A DNA stretch of 52,997 nt from a virus (lineage: Duplodnaviria; Heunggongvirae; Uroviricota; Caudoviricetes). The DNA lies in the IMG/VR virus record IMGVR_UViG_2585427779_000013, positions 1 through 52,997 of that record; one strand, 5' to 3'. Of this stretch, positions 33,618 through 43,204 are shown piece after piece (position 1 is the first letter of the stretch; each line of letters starts with the position of its first letter). The notes beneath the pieces are model-generated. The model was not told the DNA's origin. It did not search any database and saw only the letters and a list, made by a program, of their open reading frames with translations. The translations under genes and the position numbers were made by a program.

Positions 33618-34682
33618 ATGTACTTTACTAAAGAAAACCTTGCTACCAACGCCCGTATGCAGGGCCATTGGAAAGAACTGTGGGCGCAACGCAATATCTT
33701 CAACGAGCAGCACAACGCCATGATTGCAGCAAATCAGGCAAATATGACCGCTGAAATGTTGACCTGTAACGCCGTCGGCGGCTTCGCAAAAGAATTCTGG
33801 AAAGAAATCGATAACCAGATTATCGAACTGAACACCGAAGAAATCGGTATTGAAATCGTCAACGACCTGATGGGCGTGCAAACCGTACTGCCTATCGGTA
33901 AAACGCTGAAAATGTACAGCGTATCCGGCGACATCAACGATGAAGTCGTGATGTCTATGGATGGTCAAGCGCCGCACGGCTTTGATCACACCGAATACGG
34001 CAGCGATGGCGACCCGATCCCGATGTTCGCGGCTGGTTATGGTGTCAACTGGCGTCTTGCTCAAGGTCTGAATACTGTAGGTATCGATCTCGCCCTGGAT
34101 AGCCAACGCCTGAAACTGAAAAAATTCAATAAAGCCCGCGTACAGTTCTATCTGAACGGTAACGACAATATCGTGGTAGATGGTCATAAAGCAATGGGTA
34201 TTAAAAACCACAAAAACACCCAGCAACTTAAACTGAAATCTGTCGCTAAAATCGACCTGACCACCGCGACTTTCGATAAGATTATTGAATTCTTTACCAC
34301 TGGTGAGTTCGGGAAACTGGCCCGCGCCAACTTCGTAGCTAAATACGATGTAATGTGGGTATCGCCAGAAATCATGGCTAACCTGGCACGCCCACACATC
34401 GTTAATGGCGCAATTGTTGGTAGTGTACTGGATGTTATCAAGCCGTTTGTCCCGGTTGATGATATTCGCCAGACCTATGCGCTGACTGGCAACGAATTTA
34501 TCGCTTATCAGCGTAGTCGCAGCGTCATCACCCCGCTGATTGGCATGACCACTGGCGTAGTTCCGTTACCGCGCATGATGCCGACCGATAACTACAACTT
34601 CCGCATTATGTCTGCTGAGGGTCTTCAGATCACCTGTGATATGAAAGGTCGTTCAGGTGTGGTCTACGGCAGCAATACCTGA
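33618..34682 (+). CDS. major capsid protein
   Basis: 354 aa; GGGGGAAAA RBS; followed by strong terminator; order after scaffold/decoration genes. Confidence 0.7.
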   Translation: MYFTKENLATNARMQGHWKELWAQRNIFNEQHNAMIAANQANMTAEMLTCNAVGGFAKEFWKEIDNQIIELNTEEIGIEIVNDLMGVQTVLPIGKTLKMYSVSGDINDEVVMSMDGQAPHGFDHTEYGSDGDPIPMFAAGYGVNWRLAQGLNTVGIDLALDSQRLKLKKFNKARVQFYLNGNDNIVVDGHKAMGIKNHKNTQQLKLKSVAKIDLTTATFDKIIEFFTTGEFGKLARANFVAKYDVMWVSPEIMANLARPHIVNGAIVGSVLDVIKPFVPVDDIRQTYALTGNEFIAYQRSRSVITPLIGMTTGVVPLPRMMPTDNYNFRIMSAEGLQITCDMKGRSGVVYGSNT

Positions 34683-34701
34683 TTGATGTGTTTCTGTAAC
34701 T

Positions 34702-34730
34702 CCCCGGCGCGATGCCGGGGATTTTTTTTG
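34702..34730 (+). terminator. rho-independent terminator after major capsid gene
   Basis: CCCCGGC-GCGAT-GCCGGGG followed by ATTTTTTTTG. Confidence 0.75.
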
Positions 34731-34747
34731 TATGTGGAGAAAACAAA

Positions 34748-35134
34748 ATGGTCACTACAGAACAGGCGCGGGAATATCTTGAAAGCCAGGGTATTGACCT
34801 GCCAGACATTATCTTATCTTTGCTGGTGGAGCAGGCAAATAGCGTTAATGAATGCCTTGATGCCAACTATCCGGCCTCCACTGCAACATTGATTCAGCTT
34901 TATCTGATTGGACTGTTAGGACTCAGCCAGGCTGATAAATACGTCTCATCGCAGACGGGTCCGAACGGTGCAAGCCAGTCATACCGCTATGTCGATTTCA
35001 ACAAACGATGGAAGGCGGCCTATTCGTTGCTTTACTCACTTGATAAACATCACTGTACAGCCGAACTAATTCCAGCAGATCCAGAAAACACCGCGCACGC
35101 CGGACTGTGGATAGGTAAAAGCGGGAGGATGTAA
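34748..35134 (+). CDS. putative head-tail connector/adaptor protein (128 aa)
   Basis: ATG 34748 with GGAG RBS; first gene after capsid terminator. Confidence 0.45.
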   Translation: MVTTEQAREYLESQGIDLPDIILSLLVEQANSVNECLDANYPASTATLIQLYLIGLLGLSQADKYVSSQTGPNGASQSYRYVDFNKRWKAAYSLLYSLDKHHCTAELIPADPENTAHAGLWIGKSGRM

Positions 35135-35136
35135 CA

Positions 35137-35322
35137 ATGTGGAACGACCTGACATTACCGGATCCGCTATTGCCGAAACTGTTTACCCGCGTGTGGGTGA
35201 AGACAGACACCGGGCGACAGGTGGCAGCCTACCTCAATGATGCTGGTGAATGGGCAATTCTTTGCCCGCGCGTGGCGAAAACTCATCCAAAGGTCATTAG
35301 CTGGAGTTACGGTTATGAGTAA
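35137..35322 (+). CDS. hypothetical structural protein (61 aa)
   Basis: Short ORF between connector-region genes. Confidence 0.35.
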   Translation: MWNDLTLPDPLLPKLFTRVWVKTDTGRQVAAYLNDAGEWAILCPRVAKTHPKVISWSYGYE

Positions 35323-35683
35323 GATTGCGCGATTCAGTTACAAGGCATTAGCCACCATTTACCCCGTAACGCATGACGACTGGACAAACTCCGATGTATA
35401 CGGTGCACCATACCTGATTAACTGCGCATGGGAGCGCACAGACGGCACTGCAACAGACACAAACGGCAATGAGGTTAGCAATACAATAACTGTATTTACC
35501 GAACTGCTTCACAATATGCAGCCAGTGCAGCGCCCGGAAAAAGGCTGGATGATTGCCACTGGCGACACCACTGATATTTCAGACCCGCTGGCGGCAGGTG
35601 CGAACGTTATAACCGGAATCGTTGAATGGGATATGAGCATGTTTAACGACACGCCGGATTATAAGATCGTGACAGGGGGTTAA
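35315..35683 (+). CDS. putative head-tail joining protein (122 aa)
   Basis: ATG 35315 with GGAG RBS; track ORF 35237 starts upstream in overlap. Confidence 0.45.
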   Translation: MSKIARFSYKALATIYPVTHDDWTNSDVYGAPYLINCAWERTDGTATDTNGNEVSNTITVFTELLHNMQPVQRPEKGWMIATGDTTDISDPLAAGANVITGIVEWDMSMFNDTPDYKIVTGG

Positions 35684-35685
35684 TC

Positions 35686-36126
35686 ATGCCTATCAAGGGT
35701 GTTAAACGTGTCAGGGAGCGATTAAAGCAGGAGCTAAAGGAAATCACAGATAAGAAAACTCATGAGGTGTTATGGCGAGTAGGGATGCTGGCTGGTGGCT
35801 TCGCGGCGAACATGACCCCCGTTGATACGGGTTTTTTAATTAACAGCCAATTTCAGTATATAGGTAGCACGGCGGAGGGTATGCAGTTACGGCTGGGATA
35901 TACGGCCCGGTATGCTGAATGGGTGCACAATATGCCAGGTAAATTAAAAGGACAGCCGCGCGAACATTTCGGCAAGACTAGCGAAGGGGTTGAATTCGGC
36001 GGCGGTACTGGAAAAGGTAAATATTGGGACCCAAACGCGGAGCCGGAATTTTTGCGCAAGGCATTCGAAGATCCAAACAACGCTGACGATATTTATAAAG
36101 AGATTGTAGAAGGTTACAAAACATGA
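35686..36126 (+). CDS. HK97 gp10-like head-tail joining protein
   Basis: 146 aa; VDTGFLINS motif typical of HK97 gp10 family by recall. Confidence 0.55.
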   Translation: MPIKGVKRVRERLKQELKEITDKKTHEVLWRVGMLAGGFAANMTPVDTGFLINSQFQYIGSTAEGMQLRLGYTARYAEWVHNMPGKLKGQPREHFGKTSEGVEFGGGTGKGKYWDPNAEPEFLRKAFEDPNNADDIYKEIVEGYKT

Positions 36127-36509
36127 AACGCAGCGAAGTATACGACGAAATAAGGGATTGGATTAAATCCCACGGGTACGATGAAGGCTATATTTTGCAG
36201 GCCCGTTTCTGGAATGAAAAATCCAATTCGAATAACGACCGATACATTGTTATCCAGCAAAACGGCGGCGCGGCTGGTGAGGAAGCAATAACCCGTGATT
36301 ATTTCCGCATCCTGGTTATTTCGGCGCGTAATGATGCAAATATCAGTGAAGTGGAAGACCTTGCCGACGCCATCCGTCAAAGTATGTTAACAGAATATAA
36401 AACTGATAAAATTACACACATGAAGCCAGTTGGCGCTATTCCTGCAATGCAGACAAGAGAAGGGCGCTTTATTTTCACCGTAGCTTTTCAAACCATCATA
36501 TCCAGATAA
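36123..36509 (+). CDS. putative tail completion/neck protein (128 aa)
   Basis: ATGA-coupled ORF preceding major tail gene. Confidence 0.45.
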   Translation: MKRSEVYDEIRDWIKSHGYDEGYILQARFWNEKSNSNNDRYIVIQQNGGAAGEEAITRDYFRILVISARNDANISEVEDLADAIRQSMLTEYKTDKITHMKPVGAIPAMQTREGRFIFTVAFQTIISR

Positions 36510-36521
36510 GAGGTAATAAAC

Positions 36522-36998
36522 ATGTCTCAGACTTGCGAAAAGGGCGCGTTTTTGGGCCGCGACGTGGCTGTATTCTTCGCTATCGCTTGTCCTAACGCGA
36601 AGCCGTTAGATGACGACTACAAAGCGTTAGGAATGATGCGCGGCAAAACGCTCTCAGTCGAATGGGAAACCGCAGACGCCACCGCTGATAAATCAGCAGA
36701 CTACACAAAAGAATCAATGGTTACTTACAAATCTGTTTCTTTCTCCGGCGATGGTGTATCGCGTACTGAAGCAATCCATAATCAGAAAGAACTGAAGCGT
36801 CACGTTATTAACCCTGGTGAAACAACCGGATCTCAGCCTTATGTGTGGCTTAAACTTGTTTCTCCGGTTGATGTAACTGAAGGTCCATTCCTTTGCACTT
36901 CCTTTAAAGAGGAAGACCCGAACGATGATGTCTCCACCTGGTCTATTGAGTGCTCAAGCGCTGGTAAGGTGACGGTTGGCGACATCCCAGCAGCATAA
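36522..36998 (+). CDS. major tail protein
   Basis: 158 aa; position before chaperone and tape measure genes; followed by terminator. Confidence 0.6.
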   Translation: MSQTCEKGAFLGRDVAVFFAIACPNAKPLDDDYKALGMMRGKTLSVEWETADATADKSADYTKESMVTYKSVSFSGDGVSRTEAIHNQKELKRHVINPGETTGSQPYVWLKLVSPVDVTEGPFLCTSFKEEDPNDDVSTWSIECSSAGKVTVGDIPAA

Positions 36999-37016
36999 TA
37001 ATCAATATTAATAATC

Positions 37017-37040
37017 GGGGCCGTTGGCCCCTTTCTTTTA
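37017..37040 (+). terminator. rho-independent terminator after major tail gene
   Basis: GGGGCC-GTT-GGCCCC followed by TTTCTTTTA. Confidence 0.7.
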
Positions 37041-37051
37041 GGGTGAAAACT

Positions 37052-37729
37052 ATGATTCATGTTCGAACAGGACAATTTGCGGCGGTGGTAGACGGCAGGC
37101 GGTATGTGTTTAATCCCTGTTTCGCTGCAATGGCTAAGATCGGTAGTGACAGAGAACTGGTCGAATACTTCGCAACCATCCACGGTGGCAAATATCCATC
37201 ACGATTGCCAGCAGATCCAGACCTACGCAATCGCATTCTGGCGCGGTGTTATGGTGAGATAGTGCAAACGTCAATACACATCCTGAAATGTTGCTCAGAA
37301 GACGAAATAGGCCCGTTATTGGGTGAATGTAGGTTTACTCCTTCCGGCAAATTGCGACTAAAACCCGGACTGATGCCGACCAGTGACGTTATCACGCTGG
37401 CGCAACATTGCATGTACCACGGCTTAATCGGTGACGGGCCGGAAGAAGACGCCGGAGAGATCCGGGAAGGGGAATATAAGCCTACTTTTAACGTGCTGGA
37501 ATTCGTTTATTCTGCCGTTGCTCACCTGGGCTTGTCAGAATCGGAAGCATGGAATATGACAATGACCGGATATAGGGCCGCTGTACGCGCTAAAACGCCG
37601 CCAGACGAAAGAAACGAGAGAAGCAAGCCAAACGTTCACATAAATAAACGTGCTTATGACGAGCAAATGGAGGTCGCTAAAAAGGCACTAGAAAGAATGA
37701 AAAATCGAGAGCAAGAAAAAGCCCGGTAG
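37052..37729 (+). CDS. putative tail assembly chaperone (225 aa)
   Basis: GGGTGA RBS, ATG 37052 (MIHVRTGQF); position between major tail and tape measure genes. Confidence 0.45.
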   Translation: MIHVRTGQFAAVVDGRRYVFNPCFAAMAKIGSDRELVEYFATIHGGKYPSRLPADPDLRNRILARCYGEIVQTSIHILKCCSEDEIGPLLGECRFTPSGKLRLKPGLMPTSDVITLAQHCMYHGLIGDGPEEDAGEIREGEYKPTFNVLEFVYSAVAHLGLSESEAWNMTMTGYRAAVRAKTPPDERNERSKPNVHINKRAYDEQMEVAKKALERMKNREQEKAR

Positions 37730-37745
37730 ATCCGGGCGTTTTTGT
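37716..37745. terminator. bidirectional terminator between chaperone gene and reverse-strand moron
   Basis: AAAAAGCCCGG-TAGAT-CCGGGCGTTTTT, A-run and T-run on either side. Confidence 0.7.
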
Positions 37746-37754
37746 TAAGTTCGC

Positions 37755-38075
37755 TTATGCTATTTTTTCGTAAAGCACATTCATCTGGGTGCGAATCACT
37801 GTTAATATATTGATTGCTGCGTTCTTATCAATGCGTTTATTCGCTACTATTTTTGTTTTCCCATCAATAACAACCAGATCTGCGTGCAATACATGGTTGA
37901 AGTTAATAATGTAATAATACTGTTTATCGCCAACATGTTGAACATATGCACCATTTAGATTTCCTTTATACCCACAATCACGCTCTGCGACACCGAAGTC
38001 AAATTCGCGGTTCATCTTGCGATTATATGCTACTTGTTTATGTTCCCATTTTCTCATCCATTCATCGCGCTTCAT
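37755..38075 (-). CDS. hypothetical moron protein (106 aa)
   Basis: Reverse-strand ORF inside tail cluster, coupled to upstream lipoprotein gene. Confidence 0.5.
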   Translation of the reverse strand: MKRDEWMRKWEHKQVAYNRKMNREFDFGVAERDCGYKGNLNGAYVQHVGDKQYYYIINFNHVLHADLVVIDGKTKIVANKRIDKNAAINILTVIRTQMNVLYEKIA

Positions 38076-38084
38076 GTTTCACCC

Positions 38085-38744
38085 TTAATTCCAGTTGCAA
38101 GCGTTTTTTACTTTGTCGATGTGGTTATAAAGACCATCAATGTTAAACACTGCTTTCTCAATGTCGCCAGCTTCCGGCACTACTTCAATGATGAATTGTT
38201 TTTCGTTAACCATTTTTTTAATCATTGGGATGGCTTTTTTGCCGTCCCATAATCCAAGAGCTTTATAATTAGTTGACCGTCCCCACTCAGTAGCTACAGC
38301 TTTGTGAACGCCGATCCGGTAGTTAATATAAGTAGTGTCCCCGGCGTCAGTTACATGGTGTGACCATGCTACGAACATTTTTGTTTTATTACCCTGGCAA
38401 GCGATTGTTAATACCGGTTTATTCTTATCCTGTGCCTTCAGTGTCGGGAAAGCATCAAGACTTCCGCTGAATTGTTCTGCTTTCACAAAAAGGAATACGT
38501 TTTTTGCGTCCTGCATATCATCTTTTCTTTCAACTACAAGCCACTGTTTACCAGCATTTTCTTTTTCTAACTGTGCATCGTATGCGGCTTGTTTTGCTTG
38601 TTGTTCTGCAAGCCATTTAGCATTTTTCTCTGCTAATGCTTGTTGTTCTTGATTGGTCACTATAGGCGCTTTTTCATTATCCTCATTGCAACCAACCAGA
38701 CCCAATACCGCCGCAATCATTGCCACTTTTGCTAACTGTTTCAT
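38085..38744 (-). CDS. moron lipoprotein (219 aa)
   Basis: Signal peptide with lipobox MKQLAKVAMIAAVLGLVGC; coiled-coil rich N-terminal region. Confidence 0.6.
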   Translation of the reverse strand: MKQLAKVAMIAAVLGLVGCNEDNEKAPIVTNQEQQALAEKNAKWLAEQQAKQAAYDAQLEKENAGKQWLVVERKDDMQDAKNVFLFVKAEQFSGSLDAFPTLKAQDKNKPVLTIACQGNKTKMFVAWSHHVTDAGDTTYINYRIGVHKAVATEWGRSTNYKALGLWDGKKAIPMIKKMVNEKQFIIEVVPEAGDIEKAVFNIDGLYNHIDKVKNACNWN

Positions 38745-39004
38745 AACCCACCACGCTTAGTTTTTATTTTTAAGTGATTTTAACATTTCTTCAATGAAAT
38801 CCGCATAGCGTTCATGTTCGTTGGGACGGTAGTTTACGTTTTTCATTTTCTTGTCCTCTTTTGCTTCCTCCGGTTTATCCGGTCCTTTTAAATCCCTTTA
38901 CTCTATCCATTTCCTTTAGCCTCTTTATACAAAATGTATTCGTTGAAGTGAAGCCATTTTGTATAAAATAGAGACATAGATCACATCTTGTATGAGGTTA
39001 AATC

Positions 39005-41350
39005 ATGGCTACCAGTGTAGGTACAATTTATTACGAAGTTGATGCAAAAACTGGTCAACTTCTCGTTGCACAACGACAGGCAGACCAGGCCTTTGACCGT
39101 ATAGAGCGCGGCGCAAAACAGGCTGACCGCCAGGTAAACACCCTGAAAACATCCATCAAGGCACTGACCAGGGTTATCCATTTGCTAATTGCTGCCGAGG
39201 CTGTGCGCCAATTTATGGATATGGCGGAGCAAGCAAAAATGCTTCGCGTAAAAATCAAAATGCTTACGGGCGATGCGGAGTCCGCTGGACGGGTTTTCGA
39301 CGGCCTGAAAGCAATATCCAGGGAAACGGGGCAAAGCCTGAAGGATACTGGCGAGCTATGGCAAGGTCTTGCCATCTCACTGAAGAACACGTCAGCTACG
39401 GAAGGGCAATTACTTAACCTGGTTGGCACTATTCAGAAAATGGGGGCGTTAGGCGGCGCATCAGCGGAACAGATGTCTAACTCTATGCGCCAGTTCCGCC
39501 AGTCTATAGACGGCGGCGTGCTGCGTGCTGAAGAATTTAACAGCCTACTTGAAAACACCCCGACCATCGTACAGACAATGGCCCGTCAGATGGGGTTATC
39601 TATGGGCCAGTTCCGCGCCGAAATGCTGGACGGCAAGATCACGGCAGAAAGGATGGTTAACGCAATCCAGGCGGCTACGCAGGAAACAAACGAGCAGTTT
39701 GCTCAGTTGCCGCGCACATCCGGCATGGCTATCAATGAGCTTAAAGTCGAAATCATGGGTCTTGTTGAACAGCTTGATGATCTTTTCGGCGTGTCAGATG
39801 GCGTAGTCTCAGCTATCGACTTAATCACAAAAGGCGTTAAGGGGTTAGGTGAGGGCGCTAAATTCGCTAAAACCTGCTTCGATACACTCAAAACGGCTGG
39901 TGGCGAATTCATCGACATGTTTGATGATGTGGCTGTGAAGGCTGGCGAGGTGGCAGAGAAGATCATCGCAATGGTGACGCCAATCAAGGCACTTATGGAC
40001 GCCTACAAATGGATGAAGGAGGTTGTAGATAAGCGCAAGGAAGAACTAAATAGCAACAATGAGAAGAAATTCGGCCCTACAGTCGGTAAAGTCATGACTT
40101 TTGCAAACGACATTAAAAACGCGACTGCCGCTTATGATGAGTTTATGCAGAAACAGGCAGAAGCCAACGACGGCAAGATCACCGGATTCGACAAGCCAGT
40201 TGATAAGCCTAAAAAGGGTAAGAAGACTGGCAGCAAGAAAAGCAAAGAGGATACGCTTGGTGACAAGGGTATAAGCGTTTCTGACCAGTACAATAAAGAC
40301 GCCGCCGCCATGCGCAAAGCGTTAGAGAACGGCAAGGCCATTGATGCTGCATTCGCCCAGGGTAAAATCACCCTCCTTGAGTACCGCGCCGCGCAAAAAG
40401 GGATAGGTAAGGAACTGAAGGAAGAATTAGCCCAAATTCCGGTAGATGAATTGCGTGATAAATGGGCGCAAATAGTAAGCCCGATGAATCAGCTTAAAGG
40501 CGAGGTTGACCCTATTCAGCAGGTACAAAATGAATGGGCCGTCCGTAAGCAAATGCTTATCGACCTGGGCGCTACCGAAGCGCAACAGAAACAGGCATTG
40601 TTAGCCTATGAGCAACAGATCCGCGATCTGAAATGGGAGCAATGGCAGGCGCAAAGCCAGACAAACGGCCTGATCGGTGATTGCGTTAATGGCCTTAAAG
40701 GTGGCATGAGCAATGCGCTTGTTGGCCTGCTTAACGGTACTCAATCATTGAGCGATGTTTTTGCTAACTTAGGGAGCAATATACTAGGGAATATTGGCAA
40801 CAGACTTTCTGATATAGCAGCCGACTGGATAGCAGATCAGATCATGATGGAAACACAAAGCAAGGCAACTCAAGCAAGTACAACGGCAAGCGCGGTTGCC
40901 GCTCAGGGAAGCATCGCGGCGGCGGCGGCCCCGGCGGCGGCGGCAACGGCTGCATCAACTGGCGGTAGCTGGGCGGCGGCTGGTTCGGCGGCGCTCACTG
41001 CGATCATGTCGCTGGCTACGTCAATTTTCGGCGGCGGTCGCTTTAATGGTGGTAGCGTCATTGGTGGCAATATGTACCGCGTAGGGGAACACAACAGGCC
41101 GGAGCTATTCCAGACGTCTAACGGCAACCAATATATGATCCCAGGCGAGAACGGCAGGGTTATTCCTGGTCGTGATATTGGTGGCGGTGGCGGTTTTAGT
41201 ATGCCTGTCAGTATCAGTATTCAAACCACAAACGGATTTAGCGAAGAAGACAGCCGCAGACTTGAATCAACAATGGAACGTGTAGCAATGAAGATGATAA
41301 CAAGGGAATCGCAAAGACCTGGCGGGATGTTGCAACCGCGCCGCAAATAA
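39005..41350 (+). CDS. tail tape measure protein
   Basis: 781 aa; long helical protein with Gly/Ala-rich C-terminal region; location and size typical. Confidence 0.85.
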   Translation: MATSVGTIYYEVDAKTGQLLVAQRQADQAFDRIERGAKQADRQVNTLKTSIKALTRVIHLLIAAEAVRQFMDMAEQAKMLRVKIKMLTGDAESAGRVFDGLKAISRETGQSLKDTGELWQGLAISLKNTSATEGQLLNLVGTIQKMGALGGASAEQMSNSMRQFRQSIDGGVLRAEEFNSLLENTPTIVQTMARQMGLSMGQFRAEMLDGKITAERMVNAIQAATQETNEQFAQLPRTSGMAINELKVEIMGLVEQLDDLFGVSDGVVSAIDLITKGVKGLGEGAKFAKTCFDTLKTAGGEFIDMFDDVAVKAGEVAEKIIAMVTPIKALMDAYKWMKEVVDKRKEELNSNNEKKFGPTVGKVMTFANDIKNATAAYDEFMQKQAEANDGKITGFDKPVDKPKKGKKTGSKKSKEDTLGDKGISVSDQYNKDAAAMRKALENGKAIDAAFAQGKITLLEYRAAQKGIGKELKEELAQIPVDELRDKWAQIVSPMNQLKGEVDPIQQVQNEWAVRKQMLIDLGATEAQQKQALLAYEQQIRDLKWEQWQAQSQTNGLIGDCVNGLKGGMSNALVGLLNGTQSLSDVFANLGSNILGNIGNRLSDIAADWIADQIMMETQSKATQASTTASAVAAQGSIAAAAAPAAAATAASTGGSWAAAGSAALTAIMSLATSIFGGGRFNGGSVIGGNMYRVGEHNRPELFQTSNGNQYMIPGENGRVIPGRDIGGGGGFSMPVSISIQTTNGFSEEDSRRLESTMERVAMKMITRESQRPGGMLQPRRK

Positions 41351-41354
41351 CACT

Positions 41355-41382
41355 AAGGCCGCTTATAGCGGCCTTTATTTTA
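41355..41382. terminator. bidirectional terminator after tape measure gene
   Basis: AGGCCGC-TTATA-GCGGCCT followed by TTATTTT. Confidence 0.7.
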
Positions 41383-41667
41383 CATGGTGAGAATATAAAT
41401 CAAACAGCACAGGAATACAGGTGCGGCGAAGTCGCAAACGCTAGCCATATTCCATGCTTTAGGTAATAATCCGCCATACCACGGCATTCTTTCCCGTTTT
41501 CCACCGCAAAATTCCGCTATGTAACGATATTCAGCCTGCGTGTGTTCCCGTGCAAAAAAGAATGTACATCCAATCAGGCCGCCAGTGAGATAATCACCAG
41601 TAAGCAGGCCGATAACAACCTGCATAGCCGCCGCAGCCAGTGCGTGACCAATGACGGTTAAATCCAT
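41380..41667 (-). CDS. moron membrane protein (95 aa)
   Basis: Three hydrophobic segments; reverse strand inside tail cluster. Confidence 0.5.
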   Translation of the reverse strand: MDLTVIGHALAAAAMQVVIGLLTGDYLTGGLIGCTFFFAREHTQAEYRYIAEFCGGKRERMPWYGGLLPKAWNMASVCDFAAPVFLCCLIYILTM

Positions 41668-41669
41668 TG

Positions 41670-41855
41670 TTAATCCTCCTGATCGTTCTCAAATGTGCCA
41701 TCTATAAATTTTTGAAGCCCGGCGATAAGTTGCGTCGCCTGCGATTTGTCAATTACGAGGGTGTCAGTCCCCATGAGTTCGGTTATCCATAGCCGACCAT
41801 CCTCATCAAGATCTAACCTAACTCCGTAACATAACTCTGTTTCGTCAATAATCAT
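41670..41855 (-). CDS. moron acidic small protein (61 aa)
   Basis: ORF 2 nt upstream of membrane protein gene (coupled pair). Confidence 0.45.
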   Translation of the reverse strand: MIIDETELCYGVRLDLDEDGRLWITELMGTDTLVIDKSQATQLIAGLQKFIDGTFENDQED

Positions 41856-41964
41856 TTTTCCTCCTATAATCTTCCGTTACGTGCTACGTAACCACTGCCG
41901 AACATCACCAACCAAATATTCCAGATCTCCCGCCAGGTGAATTTATCGTCCTCCATGTCCCACC

Positions 41965-42219
41965 TCACTTATGCACCCCTTTGACTCCACAGTGCCTGTT
42001 ATATTCCAGATGATCGATAATTAACCAGACTTTTAGGTCTTCGCTAAACAGCCTCCAGTCAGGGGTGATGTCGAATTTAAAGCCATAACCATCACGTAAC
42101 TTTTTGGGGCGCGCCTCTTTCTTCAAAAATGCTTTAAGCAGTTCCCTCCCTTTCTTGATAATCCTGTCTTGTGCGTTTTTCTGTACTTTCAGGTTTTTAT
42201 CAATCGCTACCAGTTTCAT
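41965..42219 (-). CDS. moron basic small protein (84 aa)
   Basis: Reverse-strand ORF. Confidence 0.45.
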   Translation of the reverse strand: MKLVAIDKNLKVQKNAQDRIIKKGRELLKAFLKKEARPKKLRDGYGFKFDITPDWRLFSEDLKVWLIIDHLEYNRHCGVKGVHK

Positions 42220-42236
42220 AACTCACCCCATCATCC

Positions 42237-42392
42237 TTAGTTGAGTGCCTTCAGGAAGAAATCACGGTATTCATCTTCTTTTGCATTCATCATGAATTGA
42301 CCGTATTTGAATGCGTCGTCGAAGCCCTTAACGATTGCTATTTCCACTTGTTCGAATGCGTTGTTCAGCATTACCACTACATAGCGTTTCAT
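42237..42392 (-). CDS. moron small protein (51 aa; possible N-terminal extension to 42467)
   Basis: ATG at 42392 has GGAGG RBS; an in-frame upstream ATG at 42467 lies inside the TTTACAAAATGG motif. Confidence 0.45.
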   Translation of the reverse strand: MKRYVVVMLNNAFEQVEIAIVKGFDDAFKYGQFMMNAKEDEYRDFFLKALN

Positions 42393-42560
42393 TTTTGGCC
42401 TCCTTCGTTGGTACTGCTTTTCTTCTTGCTTTCTATATACATCTTGTTGCGTACTATGTGAAGCCATTTTGTAAACTAGCTATAATCATTGTGATTAAGA
42501 TCTCATTTTTCGCGTAGAGGCGCGTAAAGATATATACAAAATGTAACTTATGGGGGTTTT

Positions 42561-42914
42561 ATGCCGGAAGTGTTCAGATGGACGCCGCAACGAAGCTACA
42601 GCGTGACCAGGGAGCCGGACGTATCAGTTGTTAAGCTGGGCGATGGTTATGAGCAAAGACAGGTTAAAGGTATCAACCCGTTACTTGATAGCTACACCCT
42701 GGTGTTTAAGGGCAGTAGCGCCGGATGTGGTGATGGTGAAAACGTAGCAATCCAGGCGGAAGCATTCTTGAGGGCGCGCGGCGCGGTCGAGGCTTTTTAC
42801 TGGTCGCCGTCGATGGATAACGTGCAAAGGCTTTTTGTTTGCCGTAGCTGGAGCATGACTAAAGACGGTCCGCTATACACGCTAAATGCAACATTTGAGC
42901 AAGTTATTAATTAG
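42561..42914 (+). CDS. minor tail protein M (lambda gpM-like)
   Basis: 117 aa; resemblance to lambda gpM family by recall; followed later by L, K, I, J in lambda order. Confidence 0.65.
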   Translation: MPEVFRWTPQRSYSVTREPDVSVVKLGDGYEQRQVKGINPLLDSYTLVFKGSSAGCGDGENVAIQAEAFLRARGAVEAFYWSPSMDNVQRLFVCRSWSMTKDGPLYTLNATFEQVIN

Positions 42915-42922
42915 GGGGGGAT

Positions 42923-43105
42923 ATGCCTTATTTTTGTGTAGTGGAGCGCACTGGCGCTTTTACATTGTTCGCCGACTATGAAATTAATGATCTTACTGTC
43001 CGGGCTGATAACGGTGAGACGTGGTATCTTCATGATATGGGTGATGGATATATCGGCTGTACGACTTGGGATGGCAAAGAAGTAGCATTTCTATCCTACG
43101 ATTAA
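42923..43105 (+). CDS. hypothetical protein (60 aa)
   Basis: Short ORF after gpM, before bidirectional terminator. Confidence 0.35.
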   Translation: MPYFCVVERTGAFTLFADYEINDLTVRADNGETWYLHDMGDGYIGCTTWDGKEVAFLSYD

Positions 43106-43131
43106 AAAACACCCCGCCACGGCGGGGTTTA
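43104..43131. terminator. bidirectional terminator
   Basis: AAAAAAC-ACCCCGCC-ACG-GCGGGGT-TTAT. Confidence 0.65.
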
Positions 43132-43203
43132 TAGTGTCGATAGCAGAATGCATAACAATCCAATAATGATAATGATCATTTCCAGAACGTAATGTTCGCA
43201 CAT
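43129..43203 (-). CDS. very small hydrophobic peptide (24 aa, MCEHYVLEMIIIIIGLLCILLSTL)
   Basis: ATG 1 nt after upstream stop; overlaps terminator; speculative. Confidence 0.25.
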   Translation of the reverse strand: MCEHYVLEMIIIIIGLLCILLSTL

Positions 43204-43204
43204 C

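Noticed and set aside
40896-41127. Ala/Arg-rich ORFs on both strands inside the tape measure gene
   Set aside because: Arise from the GC-rich Ala/Gly-coding repeat of the tape measure C-terminal region; alternative-frame artefacts.
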